Positions 24,950 to 37,174 of a stretch of DNA of 64,000 nt are shown piece by piece. Each line of letters opens with the position of its first letter. The stretch's first letter is position 1. The notes beneath the pieces are model-generated. The model made no database searches, was not told the origin of the DNA, and saw only the letters and a program-made list of their open reading frames with translations. The DNA is from Octopus sinensis. Its lineage: Eukaryota. The DNA is taken from NCBI RefSeq assembly GCF_006345805.1, contig NC_043003.1, forward strand, positions 88,040,001 to 88,104,000, read 5' to 3'. The translations under genes were made by a program, and so were the position numbers.

Positions 24950-27900
24950 GGCGCCTTGCGCGTCGAGATCTACTCAAGCTGGGCACCTCATTCTCCCCCT
25001 CTCCACAATCGTCGTCTGTCGAAGTGACAATCCTGCGAAGGTCCAAGATGTGTCACGGCATTCCATCCACGGAGACGTTGTTTTTGGAATTGACCTCCGT
25101 CACTGTTCCTCTGCTCCATTGAGATGTACAGCGCGCCTTTGGTGGCTTAACCCAGACTTCCTCCCCTATTTTCATGCAGACGGGTCCCTTCTCCTCCTCG
25201 TGGACCTCCAGCGCTTTGCTCGGGTGCCTCCATTCATATTTAAATACAGCTCTCTGTGGCACAGATTCCTCAGCTTGTCCAGATCGGGGAGACAGGTTGT
25301 ACCAAAAAACTGCTTCAAGCGGCGAAATGTGCCCTCTTTCCGCTATGGCCTTGACTGTCCGATGGTGCCTCTCTACGATCCCGTTACCACTCAGCATATA
25401 TGCTGCTCTGAACAAGCGACGCACCTTCCACCGATCAAGCATAACCCTCAATGCTTCCAAACAAAACGCCACCCCATTGTCCATCAGCAGTTCTTCCACG
25501 GGACCTCTAAAAATATCCCATTCAAGATCTGCGCGATCTCGTCAGCAATGCCTGTTCTCAACTCTCTCCAAATAGCCAGCCAGCCAGGCCTGCAGTCGAC
25601 CATGGAGAGATACATTCCTTGACAGTAGTGCGTCACATCCACAGCTAGCCTTTTCCAGTTATGCTCCACCGAAAGGCTTCCCTGTTCATGACCACACGGA
25701 GCGGGGGTCGATGGACTGACACCTGTCGCAGCTCCCGACCACTTTCCGGATGCTTCTCCTAGTGACGTCAACATCAATTTTCTTCACCAGATACAGGGTC
25801 CTGTCCACACCCAGGTGATGCATAGCATGCAGTCTCTTCAGTTCAGAGTCATCCAACCGACATGCCGCAGCTATCCCTTTCCGGGCCTCCTCCGCTTCTT
25901 CCAGCCACGCTCTTTTCACCATGGTCAGTGTGTCCACCCTGTTTTTCTCCGAAGGCACGAAAACCACATTCAGCTTCAGTCCGAACTCGGCGATCAATTC
26001 ACCTAGAACTCCTAGACGGCGCTTCACTAACATATCCGCGGCACCTTTCGTCCACACTCTCCTTTCACCAGTGATCACCGATCCTACTCAGCCAAGCACA
26101 GTGGCCAAATCCGTCTGGATTTCAATTGAGCGCAGCCCCTATTTCAGGGTCAAGTTCACCTCTTTCAGCACCGTGTCTAATTTGGCGACATTGATGTGGT
26201 TGAAGTCATCTGCTTTTCGAAGCCAGGCTGCGTCCTCCACCGCAGCGCCTTCGATTGCCAACACAACCCCTATCGCTATACTGCAAGCATCACACCAGAT
26301 GGTCCTGCATTCCGTGCGCAGCCATCCAGCAATCGGGTAGTGACCAACCAACTTCCCACACACCAAGAACAGCTCTCTCCTGCTGACACTGGAACTCAGC
26401 TCTGGGATTTCATTCCCTCTCCGGAACACCAATTCACCCGATCTATCTCTTCGCAGCTTCAGTCCCAGCGCGGCTCCCCCTTCCATCGACTCCGGTGGCT
26501 TCGCAATCAGTCCAAACTTCTCCAGATGTCTAACTACCTCGTTGGCTGGCACTACAGTTTCGTCCACCAAAATGTCGTCAATGTAGGAGCTGGTGGCCTT
26601 TCTAATCTTGCCGTCTTTCCCTAGGACGGACTTAAGCACTGCCACCATGATCTTCGGAGGGGAATTCAACCCGAAACCCAGCCTGGTTAAACAGTACATC
26701 CGGCCTTTGTACTGCACCAGCTGATATCGCCACAGTTTGTCACTCACATGGAGCTGCAAGTATGCCGATTTCAAGTCGACAATCGTCGCTGCCTCAGTTG
26801 ACTGTTTCCATGCACATAACGGCTCGCCACAAACGTCTGTCACCTTACCTCCCGTGTGACACAATATATGCTGGTTTAGCTCCCTGAAGTCCAGCACCAG
26901 TCTGACTTTTCCCTTCGTAGGCTGCACCACCGCCATCAGGAGTAGCACTCCATCCACTACCTCCTCCTCCCAAGGGACAAGAACCCCTTCCTCGATCCAC
27001 CTCTCCACCTCATTTTCAAACTCAACCCTGGCGTGGACTTTCAGGTTATGTTTTTCAGCATCGGGGGCTCGTCCTTCCATCTCCACTCTATCGTCCACCG
27101 CTGACCATCGAACGCCGCCTGAAAGTCTTTGTCCTCGATGGTGTAAGCAGCGCAGTTCCTCGCGGGGCTCTGCTCTCTCTGGTGATCCTGACTCGCAGTG
27201 CACAACGCACCCATGCTTCCAAACATGACCTCATCTCCCACAATACTGACGCCACTGGGGCATCCATCTCTATCACCACATCCACCCCATCTATCACGCG
27301 TTCAACCACAATTACCTGCAGCCTTAGCATTGCGCCGCGTACCACTATCTCTGCCTTGCTGCTGCCTCTGCAATGGATTTCACCCGGACGCTACTTGCCC
27401 CATTCCATTTCTTCGTCACCCTTGAAGTCACAAGGGTGGTCGTGCAGCCCGTATCCATGAGGGCCCTGAACGTCTTCCCCTCGGCCTCCACGTCAATTAA
27501 TGGCAGCGTCTCCAATAGCGCCTCTACTCGTTTGTGGGGAAGTTTGAGAGGCACCAACCTCCCCGCGGTCGTTTCCCTGGTCGCAATCACGGCCGATGTG
27601 TCTGGTCTGCCTGCATCGATAGCAAACGGGCCCCGGTTGCGTACAGTCCCGCGCCATGTGCGACCCCTGACATCTAAACACCGACCTGAGAACGGCCGCT
27701 GTCGTTGCATGGTAGGCTTCTCAACGTCTTTCTCTGGTTATCGTCTGTCTTTACGCACCTCCGTCACCGCCATCGCTATCGCCTTCCGCCCAGAGTGTCA
27801 TATCAAGACGCAAGCTTGAATCACAAGTTTGCTCAGCGTCATCTTTTTAATCCCTGGCAATCGTTGTAGGTGAATCCCTACATCGTCGGGGAACCCATTT

Positions 27901-28278
27901 ACAAACTCCAGTCATGCTGCTCTCTCCAGCCCTTCTCCTGTAAACCCAGCCAGCTTCGCTTACCTTCGAACTTCTGCTGCGTACTCGTCCACCTGTCCTC
28001 CCGTCCATCTGATCGTACCCAGCTTAGCGAAAGCTGTGTATTCACACTCCGCGTAGGCATCCCGCAGACGTTGCTCTATCTTTTCCTTGCTCAGACGTTC
28101 TTCCTTGTCCATCTCAAGATATAGCATCAACGCGCTCCTTTCCAAATACAGCGCCATAAGACTTGCCACATCACTTATACCTTGCCACCAGCCTGATTTT
28201 GCGAAACCAAGCCACTACATCGCCTTCACCATTAAAGGGTCTGATGATGTCGCTGGCAATCCTGATTTTCGCTGCCAT
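24950..28278 (-). pseudogene. gag-pol polyprotein with stops and frameshifts
   Basis: Gag starts MAAKIRIASDIIRPFNGEGDVVAW; knuckles CFRCQGSHMARDC and CYRCRQTRHIGRDC; protease LMDTGC; RT LDFRELN, DLKSAYLQ, YIDD; RNase H WCDACS...QTD; integrase HHCC, LAVDVT, LMDNG, GIVERHHRTVK. Confidence 0.9.
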
Positions 28279-28431
28279 CGTGGTGACGTCTTATACAGAG
28301 CGTCGAAATACCTTGTGGTGTGTGCGAGAGATTCGAAATAAAGGCACCTACCTTCTCTTCGCTCAGATGGAGACCCTTCAGCGGTAACAGATCCTTCAAC
28401 ACAGTCCAACCCGAACGCTAGAGATAGCAGC

Positions 28432-28590
28432 TGCTTCACCCAACCTTAACAACATGATGACCCGTCTTAACCCCTTGACGACCTGACTCGAAAAGGCAGA
28501 ATGCCCCACTCACTGTGCGCGTGTCACGGCTGCCCCTTCCAGTCAGCCCCAAGTTCCGGTCAGCTACCCAGCTGCTGACGTCATCCCACA
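28432..28590 (-). repeat. 5' LTR (159 bp)
   Basis: Direct repeat of 24714-24883, with about a dozen substitutions and two indels. Confidence 0.92.
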
Positions 28591-29244
28591 CACACACTGT
28601 CTTGCAATCCGAAATACCTCAGTTCTTTGGTCCTCACGTTGCTAGACATTGGGAAACTTCTTCTTTTCTTCTTTATTATATTATTATAATAAGAAGAAGA
28701 AATATACTATACTAGCTTTGAATTTAACTTTCATAGATAACTAAAAAAACTTCACTGTAAACTTGAAATTGGAATTTTTTCTAAATCTAATCTAGTTTTA
28801 AAATTAATAAAGCTTTCCCCCAGTTATAAAATACTATGCCTACTCATAATAATAAGTGATAGGTTTTTTCCCTACTCTCTGTAAAGGGGATTAATGACCA
28901 TTTGACATTGACCTAGTTCCTCTCACCAAATAGCAGTAATTGGCATTTTGTCAGTGGCAACTTGAATTCCTTTTATGGTATTCTGAAACCTCCCTTACCT
29001 CATTCCTACAACTAAAAAATCTTTATTACTTCTAATCTTATAGCAGTTAGATACAGCCATAGCTTGGTCAGTCAGTGATTGGACTTCACAACCTCATATG
29101 TTCTTAAAATTTAAATCTACATCTTTATCTATATATCTACCTTCTCTATAATGTTACTACTTGATTTGAAAGCCTTTGTATTAATGGAAAACCTATGTAA
29201 TTGGCTGATGAGTACTCAGCGTCTTAAATCTGCTGTAATACTTA

Positions 29245-29397
29245 CATTTCTCTCAGGGCACTTACACTCTGTCGTGTATGCACACTGACATTACACATCC
29301 AGCGGATCATGCTAGCTTCATTTCTTTCAAGCCTACGCATGTCCTCTGCAGTCACAGCCCACGTTTCACTACCGTGAAGCATGGCAGTTTGCACACT
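29245..29397 (-). mobile_element. Internal RTE fragment
   Basis: Encodes VQTAMLHGSETWAVTAEDMRRLERNEASMIRWMC. Confidence 0.85.
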
Positions 29398-29802
29398 ATA
29401 AATTATTTGTAGGTTATGTAGTGTATGAACAAAATTTAAATAACTGTTAACCAAGGGATTAATAAAACTAATTGAATAATATATATTAATTTATGGAAAT
29501 TTAATTAATTTTATATTTTTGAATATAATGTCGTAGATTTAAATTATTGAGAATTTAGAATTTTTCCCTGTAAATGGTATATTACGTCATATTTTTTTAC
29601 CATTTTTATTCTTATCGTTAAATACATATATCTATTTATTTATTGTATATTTATTGTTTACGTCATGTTTTACGAGGTAGGTGTTTTTTACAATGCTAGA
29701 TAGTAAGTTTAAAATTTCTTTTAACTGGTTTTCACCAGTAAGATAAGTCATGTTTTTTGCTTTACATTAATATTAATATTGTTAAATTTTACTGAATTAT
29801 TT

Positions 29803-30205
29803 ACTCTTTTTTACTTGTTTCAGTCATTTGACTGCGGCCATGCTGGAGCACCGCCTTTAGTCGAGCAAATCGACCCCGGGACTTATTCTTTGTAAGCCCA
29901 GTACTTATTCTATCGGTCTCTTTTGCCGAACCGCTAAGTGACGGGGACGTAAACACACCAGCATCGGTTGTCAAGCAATGCTAGGGGAACAAACACAGAC
30001 ACACAAACATATACACACACACTTATATATATATACATATATACGACAGGCTTCTTTCAGTTTCCGTCTACCAAATCCACTCACAAGGCATTGGTCGGCC
30101 CGGGGCTATAGCAGAAGACACTTGCCCAAGATGCCACGCAGTGGGACTGAACCCGGAACCATGTGGTTGGTTAGCAAGCTACTTACCAAACAGCCACTCC
30201 TGCGC
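29803..30205 (-). mobile_element. tRNA-derived SINE (family A), full length
   Basis: Near identical to 10441-10837. Confidence 0.88.
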
Positions 30206-30528
30206 CTATTTTAAATTTTTTTTAAATAAAATTTTAATATTATCGATTTATATTTTTAGTCATGAAATGCACGTAGTTAATTTAATGTTTGATTTATTAT
30301 GAGATTTTTAGAATAATGATTATAAAATATTTAATTAACTTCTATGTGGTTATTATAGATAATATCTTTTCACTGTTGATTGAATAACTAGATAGTGGTT
30401 TTTCTCTAAATTCTATATAAATATTTATAATATATAGTGAATTTTGATTTAGAGTTTTTCCCCAGTTAGCTTGGAATTATTACATTCCCTAACTATTAAT
30501 TATATAGGTATATGTATATATATCCATA

Positions 30529-30702
30529 TATATGGATATGCATATATATATACTGGAGTAAACACATAAATGTGAAACAAGGTGGAAAAAAGAACAAAAA
30601 CTGTCCGACGAACAGGAACGTGAAACTCAGGTTTTGTTGAATTTCTGCTGCTTTTAAATAAAGTATATATATATATATACATAGGCATATATATATATAC
30701 AT

Positions 30703-30739
<37 letters not shown>

Positions 30740-30934
30740 CATATATATAGATATATATTCATATATATAGAGAGAGATTATATGTATATATAATATATAT
30801 ATATATATATGGATGTATGGATATATATATGTATATATCCATATATAGATATATCCATATATATATATCCTTATATATATATGTATATATGGATATATAT
30901 ATATATATATATATATATAAGGGTATATATATAT

Positions 30935-30968
<34 letters not shown>

Positions 30969-30995
30969 GTATATATATATGGATATATCTATATA

Positions 30996-31029
<34 letters not shown>

Positions 31030-31043
31030 CCATATATATATAC

Positions 31044-31081
<38 letters not shown>

Positions 31082-31112
31082 TATATATATCCATATATAT
31101 ATACCCTATATA

Positions 31113-31144
<32 letters not shown>

Positions 31145-31558
31145 CCATATATATATACCCTTATATATATATATATATATATACATATATATATCCATAT
31201 ATACATATATATATAAGGATATATATATATGGATATATCTATATATGGATATATACATATATATATCCATACATCCATATATATATATATATATTATATA
31301 TACATATAATCTCTCTCTATATATATGAATATATATCTATATATATGTATGTATATATATATATATATATATATCTATATCTATGTATATATATATATGC
31401 CTATGTATATATATATATATATACTTTATTTAAAAGCAGCAGAAATTCAACAAAACCTGAGTTTCACGTTCCTGTTCGTCGGACAGTTTTTGTTCTTTTT
31501 TCCACCTTGTTTCACATTTATGTGTTTACTCCAGTATATATATATGCATATCCATATA
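30529..31558. repeat. ~1-kb near-perfect palindrome centred in an AT microsatellite
   Basis: Unique block ~30553-30665 is exactly mirrored at ~31425-31535. The ORF track gives the same [21 protein letters not shown] start on both strands. Confidence 0.9.
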
Positions 31559-31756
31559 AACATATATATATATATATATATATATATGCTAGCATTATGA
31601 CTTGGTGTTGCCGGGTCATAGTGCTAGTGCATGTATATATGTGTATATATATGTGTACATGTTACATGTACATCTATATATATACATCTACACATAAAAT
31701 ACAAAATACAAAGTTATATCTTGATATCGCTAGTGATAACAATACTCAAAATATAT

Positions 31757-32274
31757 AACAGACTGGAATTGTAGGCCCGTCTCTTGCAATTTCAATCAAT
31801 TGAATCTTGTCCTCCCTCTTGTATATGTGGCTACAATCCAGCCTACTTCTACTTCCGGGGGGGACATTTTTAATTTTTATCCGGGACGTCCTACATCCCA
31901 GATATAAAGGTAAAAATAAAATATTTCCACTTTGCAAGGTTCGAGTCGAGTACTCCCTTGCACGCTCCGTTGACTCGAACCTTGCTTCTATTGTGGCGAA
32001 TTTACCGCCTCTGGTTAGATACTTGATATCTTCCATAGTCGCACCAAGACACTTTTCAATGGTGCTTTCCTCCAGGTGTTCAAATCTTTTTTTTTCTCTA
32101 CATTGTATACTTTATAGACAATAGTCTTTTCTTTAATTTAATTTTTTTATTTCGTTTGGTGGTGTTATCCTAGATTCACCGTCTTTGTCGGTGATCAATC
32201 CGAAATAGGCTTGTATTTCTTCCATTTTAATTTTAATGAGTTCGCCGCCTGCCGACGGCTGCAGCAAAATTCAT
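31757..32274 (-). mobile_element. Decayed LINE ORF1 5' fragment (L1/Tx1-like?)
   Basis: Starts MNFAAAVGR; later EKTIVYKVYNVEKKRFEHLEESTIEKCLG...RIKIKNVPP; frameshifts; upstream AC-rich UTR-like sequence to ~32640. Confidence 0.45.
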
Positions 32275-32999
32275 GTTTGGACTTTCTTCTATCGAAGGCA
32301 TTTTAACAAAAATGCTTCCGTATAAATGGTGAAAATATTGTCAATTTCCTCAAACAGGGACACAATTCAATTTTTAAACAATAACCAAAGCTCCTTCTCC
32401 CAAAGGGGGAGGGTTACAGTTTACAATTATTTAACAAATGCAACACAACAACGTTTCCCTTACGAGGAACCAACAAACGTGATAACAATAGTTAAACAGT
32501 AATAATAATAACAACAAACCTTACGGTGAATCAAAAAGCAGTACACAGTTGAAGCTATAGTCCTTTATGTATAAGAAATAAACCAACAGCAGTACTCAGT
32601 AGAAGCGGCTGTTCGAGAAAACAGACATTACATACAGCCAGACTTCATATAGATACTTAATGCTAGCTAATTAGCAGATAATCTAATGTAAAAGCTGTGG
32701 TAAAGGGTATGTGCACAGCTCCATCTGGACTATTCCATTTCTGCACATTAATTTTATTTTTAATTTATTCCCATTCATGTGAAACCACTTATTCAAGTTC
32801 AAGTCATTGATGCAATTTTATACCAATTGTTATTTTTACTTTTGTTATGTTACGATTATATTATACTTGAGTTTGATTTTAATTATTACTTACTACATAT
32901 AATTCAATTGTTATCTCTAATTTTTATTGTTAAAGTGAAAGTATCTGACATAAAATAGAGAAATGTTTTTGTTTCACTTTTAACACGTAATACTGAAAT

Positions 33000-33188
33000 A
33001 GTGGAGAAGATATGATATTGCTATGGGCTCGCCCTAGGCAAGAAGTTGAACATTTTTTTGCCCATAAAACTACATGGACCCTAAGTAAGGCATGTGTAAA
33101 ATTTGAATGAAATTGGTTGAGTAGTTCTCAATTTTTAGGGAAACACAGACTGACAGACACACATTCTCAGTTTTATATATACAGTATA
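33000..33188 (-). mobile_element. Helitron/HINE-like 5' end
   Basis: Minus strand TACTGTATATATAAAACTGAGAATGTGTGTCTGTC...ACTACTCAACCAATTTCATTCAAATTTT, similar in layout to the start at 6571. Confidence 0.5.
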
Positions 33189-33317
33189 TAGAGATATATC
33201 CATATGTACACATATATATCCATATACACACATATATATATATTCATATATACATATATATATATCCATATATATATATGTATATATATCCATGTATATA
33301 TATATATATATATGAAT

Positions 33318-34034
33318 ATTATAATTTAGGGTATCTACGAGATATCACCATGCTGAAAATAGCAGCCAAAATCTGACTTTAAAACCACATTAAATGTTGA
33401 TACAGCACAAGGAGAGAAGACAAAAAGACAAAATAGAACTACCAAAAAATTACTGGATAATTCCAGATCCCAGATATCTGGCTTTGCATTTAGAAATACT
33501 TTACCTCATCAGTGGAATATACGCAGAAAGTAACATAAATACACACATATATACATATAACATACGGATACTTACATATACGAACATACACATACACATA
33601 TATGCATGTATGCAACATGCCCAGTTTAAATTGCCCGCTTTGTAACTCCTTGTGCGATATGGTTAAAACATCACCGCAGTAAATACAATGATGAAATAAA
33701 ATTAAAATTTATATAAATAAGAATAAGATCGTTAATTTAAATTAAATGACGATCTTATCAAGTGGCCAGCATGGAAATAAAAACCTTCAAATTATTTATT
33801 AAAATTATAATTTAGGGTATCTACGAGATACTGCCATGCTGAAAATAACAGCCAAAATCTGACTCTAAAACCACATTAAATGTTGATACAGCACAAGGAG
33901 AGAAGACAAAAAGACAAAATAGAACTAGCAAAAAATTACTGGATAATTCCAATACGTTCGTATATGTAAGTATTCATATGTTATATGAATATATATATGT
34001 ATTTATGTTACTTTCTGCATATATTCCACTGATG
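33318..34034. repeat. Direct duplication followed by an inverted duplication
   Basis: 33318-33465 repeats at 33803-33951; 33507-33585 is inverted at 33956-34034. Confidence 0.85.
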
Positions 34035-35032
34035 CTCAATAAACATAATGAGGCACTAAGCACATGCAACCACCACTTATATCACACATTTAAATTCTAC
34101 CACAAATCCAAATGCCAGAATGACCATAGAGTACATTTCCACAATACTCCTTAGGTAATCCCAATAACCTATAAATTTACACTCTAACTCATAATCCCTA
34201 TCTAGTTTCTCACATATACAACCATCTGATTATATTCCTATGTATGTGCACACACCCATGCGTGCATATATATGTATGAGTGAGGGTATGCGTATATGCA
34301 TGTATGTGGGTATATGTAAACATATGTACACATGCAAGGTATATATACCTGCATATGCAGGGGTGATGATACATGCAGATGAGTGTATAAGTGAGCGTGT
34401 ATGAGTGCATACGCATGTGAATAAGGATTGTATATGTAACTTAACTGATATATACATGTATATACATCTTCACATATATTTTCTCAGATTACTAAGCACT
34501 GAACTGCTATTTCCTGAATTCTTCATATCTTTGCCCCACAGTTAGACCCTACTACTACACATTGGTCATTCCTTTACCTCTTAACCCTCCCATTCCTCTA
34601 TCTTTTACACTATAATACCTTTCTCTCTCTCTATCCCCACTCCTACTTTCAAATTATCTCCACTGACCACTGACTCATCTATATCGTAATTTTTTTTCTT
34701 TATGCCCTTTATTCCTATCTTCAGGTTTTTTATTCTTTATTTTTTTTTTATTATTATTATATTTTTACTAATCTTCTCTCTCTTTTCTCTTTCATTTTTT
34801 CTTTCTCTCCTCTTTTTTCTCTTCCATTTTTTTTTTCATTCCTCCCTTCCTGTTTTCAATTTAACCATACTAATACACTCCCTATTTCTAGTTCATTTTA
34901 AATACAAACCTTTGACTCTGCAACACTATAAATTCCCTACTGGGAATGACCAAGTTTAAAAATCTGCTGGATCTCACTCATAAGGGAATCTTACATTGCT
35001 TATAAACTCTATATTTGGAAGGACTCATATTA

Positions 35033-35063
<31 letters not shown>

Positions 35064-35697
35064 AATATATATATATATAATACAAAATGGGACAAGAACG
35101 CAAAACATCCAGACAGCTAGGTGATACAAAAAGGGACAACAAAACATCCAGATAGATGATACAAAGAAAACAAGGACTGGTCAGTCGAAGTTTTCTTTCC
35201 TCAGTCAAGCACCAGATTATCCTCACAATTTTGGATGATTATTCTTAAGATTGCTCCAATGTACGGTTGTACTGCAATCACCTCTTGTTATCCTGTTGCT
35301 TATTTTGATTATATATATATATGTATTAGACGTGCATGGCTGAGTGAGTGTCTCAACAAAATGTAGAGACTCAAACGACGTGCTCATCTATAAATGCCTA
35401 ATGCGTGCCTGGGCCCTATAATTTATTTATATGAATTAATTAACTCATATAATAGACTATTACATTAGAACGAAACTTATATTAAACATGTTCCTTGTAT
35501 TACAATGATTCCAAATATATATAATTTGCATTTTAAAAATTTTATTAATTCATTAATTCAAATTTTGTTTGTATTTTTGAGTTGTCGTCATTTTCTGACT
35601 TTCTTTCAGCCACTCAAACCTAATACGCTCTTTTGTGTTACGCAAGAAGTCTATCGATTTTTATTGTTATTGCTGCAGTCCGGTCTGCAGCAGGTCA

Positions 35698-36385
35698 TAA
35701 TTAATATTAATATAATAAAAACTAACTCAGAAACCCTGACATTACCATAATTTTTTTTGGAATGTCTTTTAAGCGCAAATTTAAAAATTAAAAAAAATTT
35801 TTTTTAATAATTTATATTGGATTAAATATGAGATAATTTTTACTTTTAATAGTTCTGAATGTATTTTTTTCGAAATAATATTGTTTGTTTTCAAATTTGC
35901 ATTAAAAATTATTTCATATATAAAATTTTTTATAGAATGGCGAAAAATTGGTGATTTTTGAAAAAAAGAAAATTAAATTTTTACTTTCATTAATTTTTTT
36001 TAGATCTTTGCAAATGACTCATAATTTCATTCAAACATAATAATACATAGTTTTTAAAGACAAAAATATCTTTGCAAATTCAAGACATTTGCCATGCTGA
36101 TCGATATTTAGAAGAATGCTTGCAAATATTCCACCCCCACCCCATAATTAATATTAATATAATAAAAACTAACACAGAAACCCTGACACTACCATAAATT
36201 TTTTTAAAATGTCTTTTAAGTGCCAATTAAAAAATTTTTTTAATTTAAAAAAAATAGTTTATATTGGATTAAATATCAGATAATTTTTACTTTTAATAGT
36301 TCTAAATGTATTTAAAAAAAAAATTATATTGTTTTAGAATTTGCCTTTAAAATTATTTCATTTATAAATTTTTTTATAGAATGTC
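35698..36385. repeat. Diverged ~445-bp tandem repeat (~1.5 units)
   Basis: ATAATTAATATTAATATAATAAAAACTAAC..AGAAACCCTGAC at ~35698 and ~36144. Confidence 0.75.
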
Positions 36386-36475
36386 AATGCTAATGGTTAT
36401 TGTCAGAAGAATTAATGCTAAAATCTCATATTTTAAAACCAAAAAGCAAAATAGTTTTGGCACTAACTTTAAATC

Positions 36476-37174
36476 AATGGAAAGTGCAAGGAATATTAAT
36501 GCAGTATATGGGAATCAGACAATAAGCATAAGCTAATATAAACCTTTTTTGGACTGAATAGTAACTGGTGATGGGAAATGGGTTCTCTATAAAAATGTCA
36601 AGCACCAAAGATAGTGGGTAGGGAAAGGAGAAACACCAGCACCCCAGGCTAAAGAAGGTCTTCACCCATGTAAGGTGTTGTTATCTATTTGGTGAGATAT
36701 GAAAGGTTTAGTCTACTTTGAACTTTTAAACCCAAAACAAATGATAAATATCTACTGCAAGCAACTTAAGTCAGCGCTAGAAGTAAAATGACCATCTTTG
36801 GTTTCAAAACAAAAGGTATTCTTCCACCAGGATAATGCTCGGCCACATACAGTGAGGATGACATTCCAAAGGCTGGAGCAGCTTGAATGGGAAACAATGC
36901 TCCATCCACCATATTTGCCAGACATTGCCCCAGTCTTCAAAATCATTTTACGGAAAAAATATGAATTCTATAGATGAGGCGTACTGTAGGCGTACTTTTC
37001 ATCACAGACAAGTGAATTTTGGAAGAGGGGTCTTGCAAGTCTACCAGATAGATGGAAGAGCATTGTAGAGAATGAACAAGAGTATATTTTAGGTTAAAAA
37101 AGAACTTTGTTTATCTTAATTTTGAAAAATAAAAGAAGTATAAAAATACTGCATTATTTATGGGATGACCCAAT
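36476..37174 (+). mobile_element. Mariner transposase fragment with 3' TIR
   Basis: IVTGDGKW, LHPCKVLLSIW, FHQDNARPH, HPPYLPDIAP; ends ATTATTTATGGGATGACCCAAT|TA. Confidence 0.9.

Larger units (their letters stand above)
24714..28590 (-). mobile_element. Complete Ty3/Gypsy-type LTR retrotransposon (3877 bp), decayed
   Basis: TG...CA LTRs, 5-bp TSD CACAC, purine-rich AGGGTGGCG before the 3' LTR, domain order gag-PR-RT-RH-IN. Confidence 0.93.

Noticed and set aside
25050-28387. Plus-strand ORFs of 60-190 aa inside the LTR element
   Set aside because: Antisense shadows of the GC-rich gag-pol; the same holds for ORFs antisense to RTE copies.
35150-35200. Minus-strand CTGAGGA-AAG AAAA CTT-CGAC hammerhead-like motif
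   Set aside because: The GAAA element is missing and stems I and III cannot be drawn; at best a decayed PLE end.
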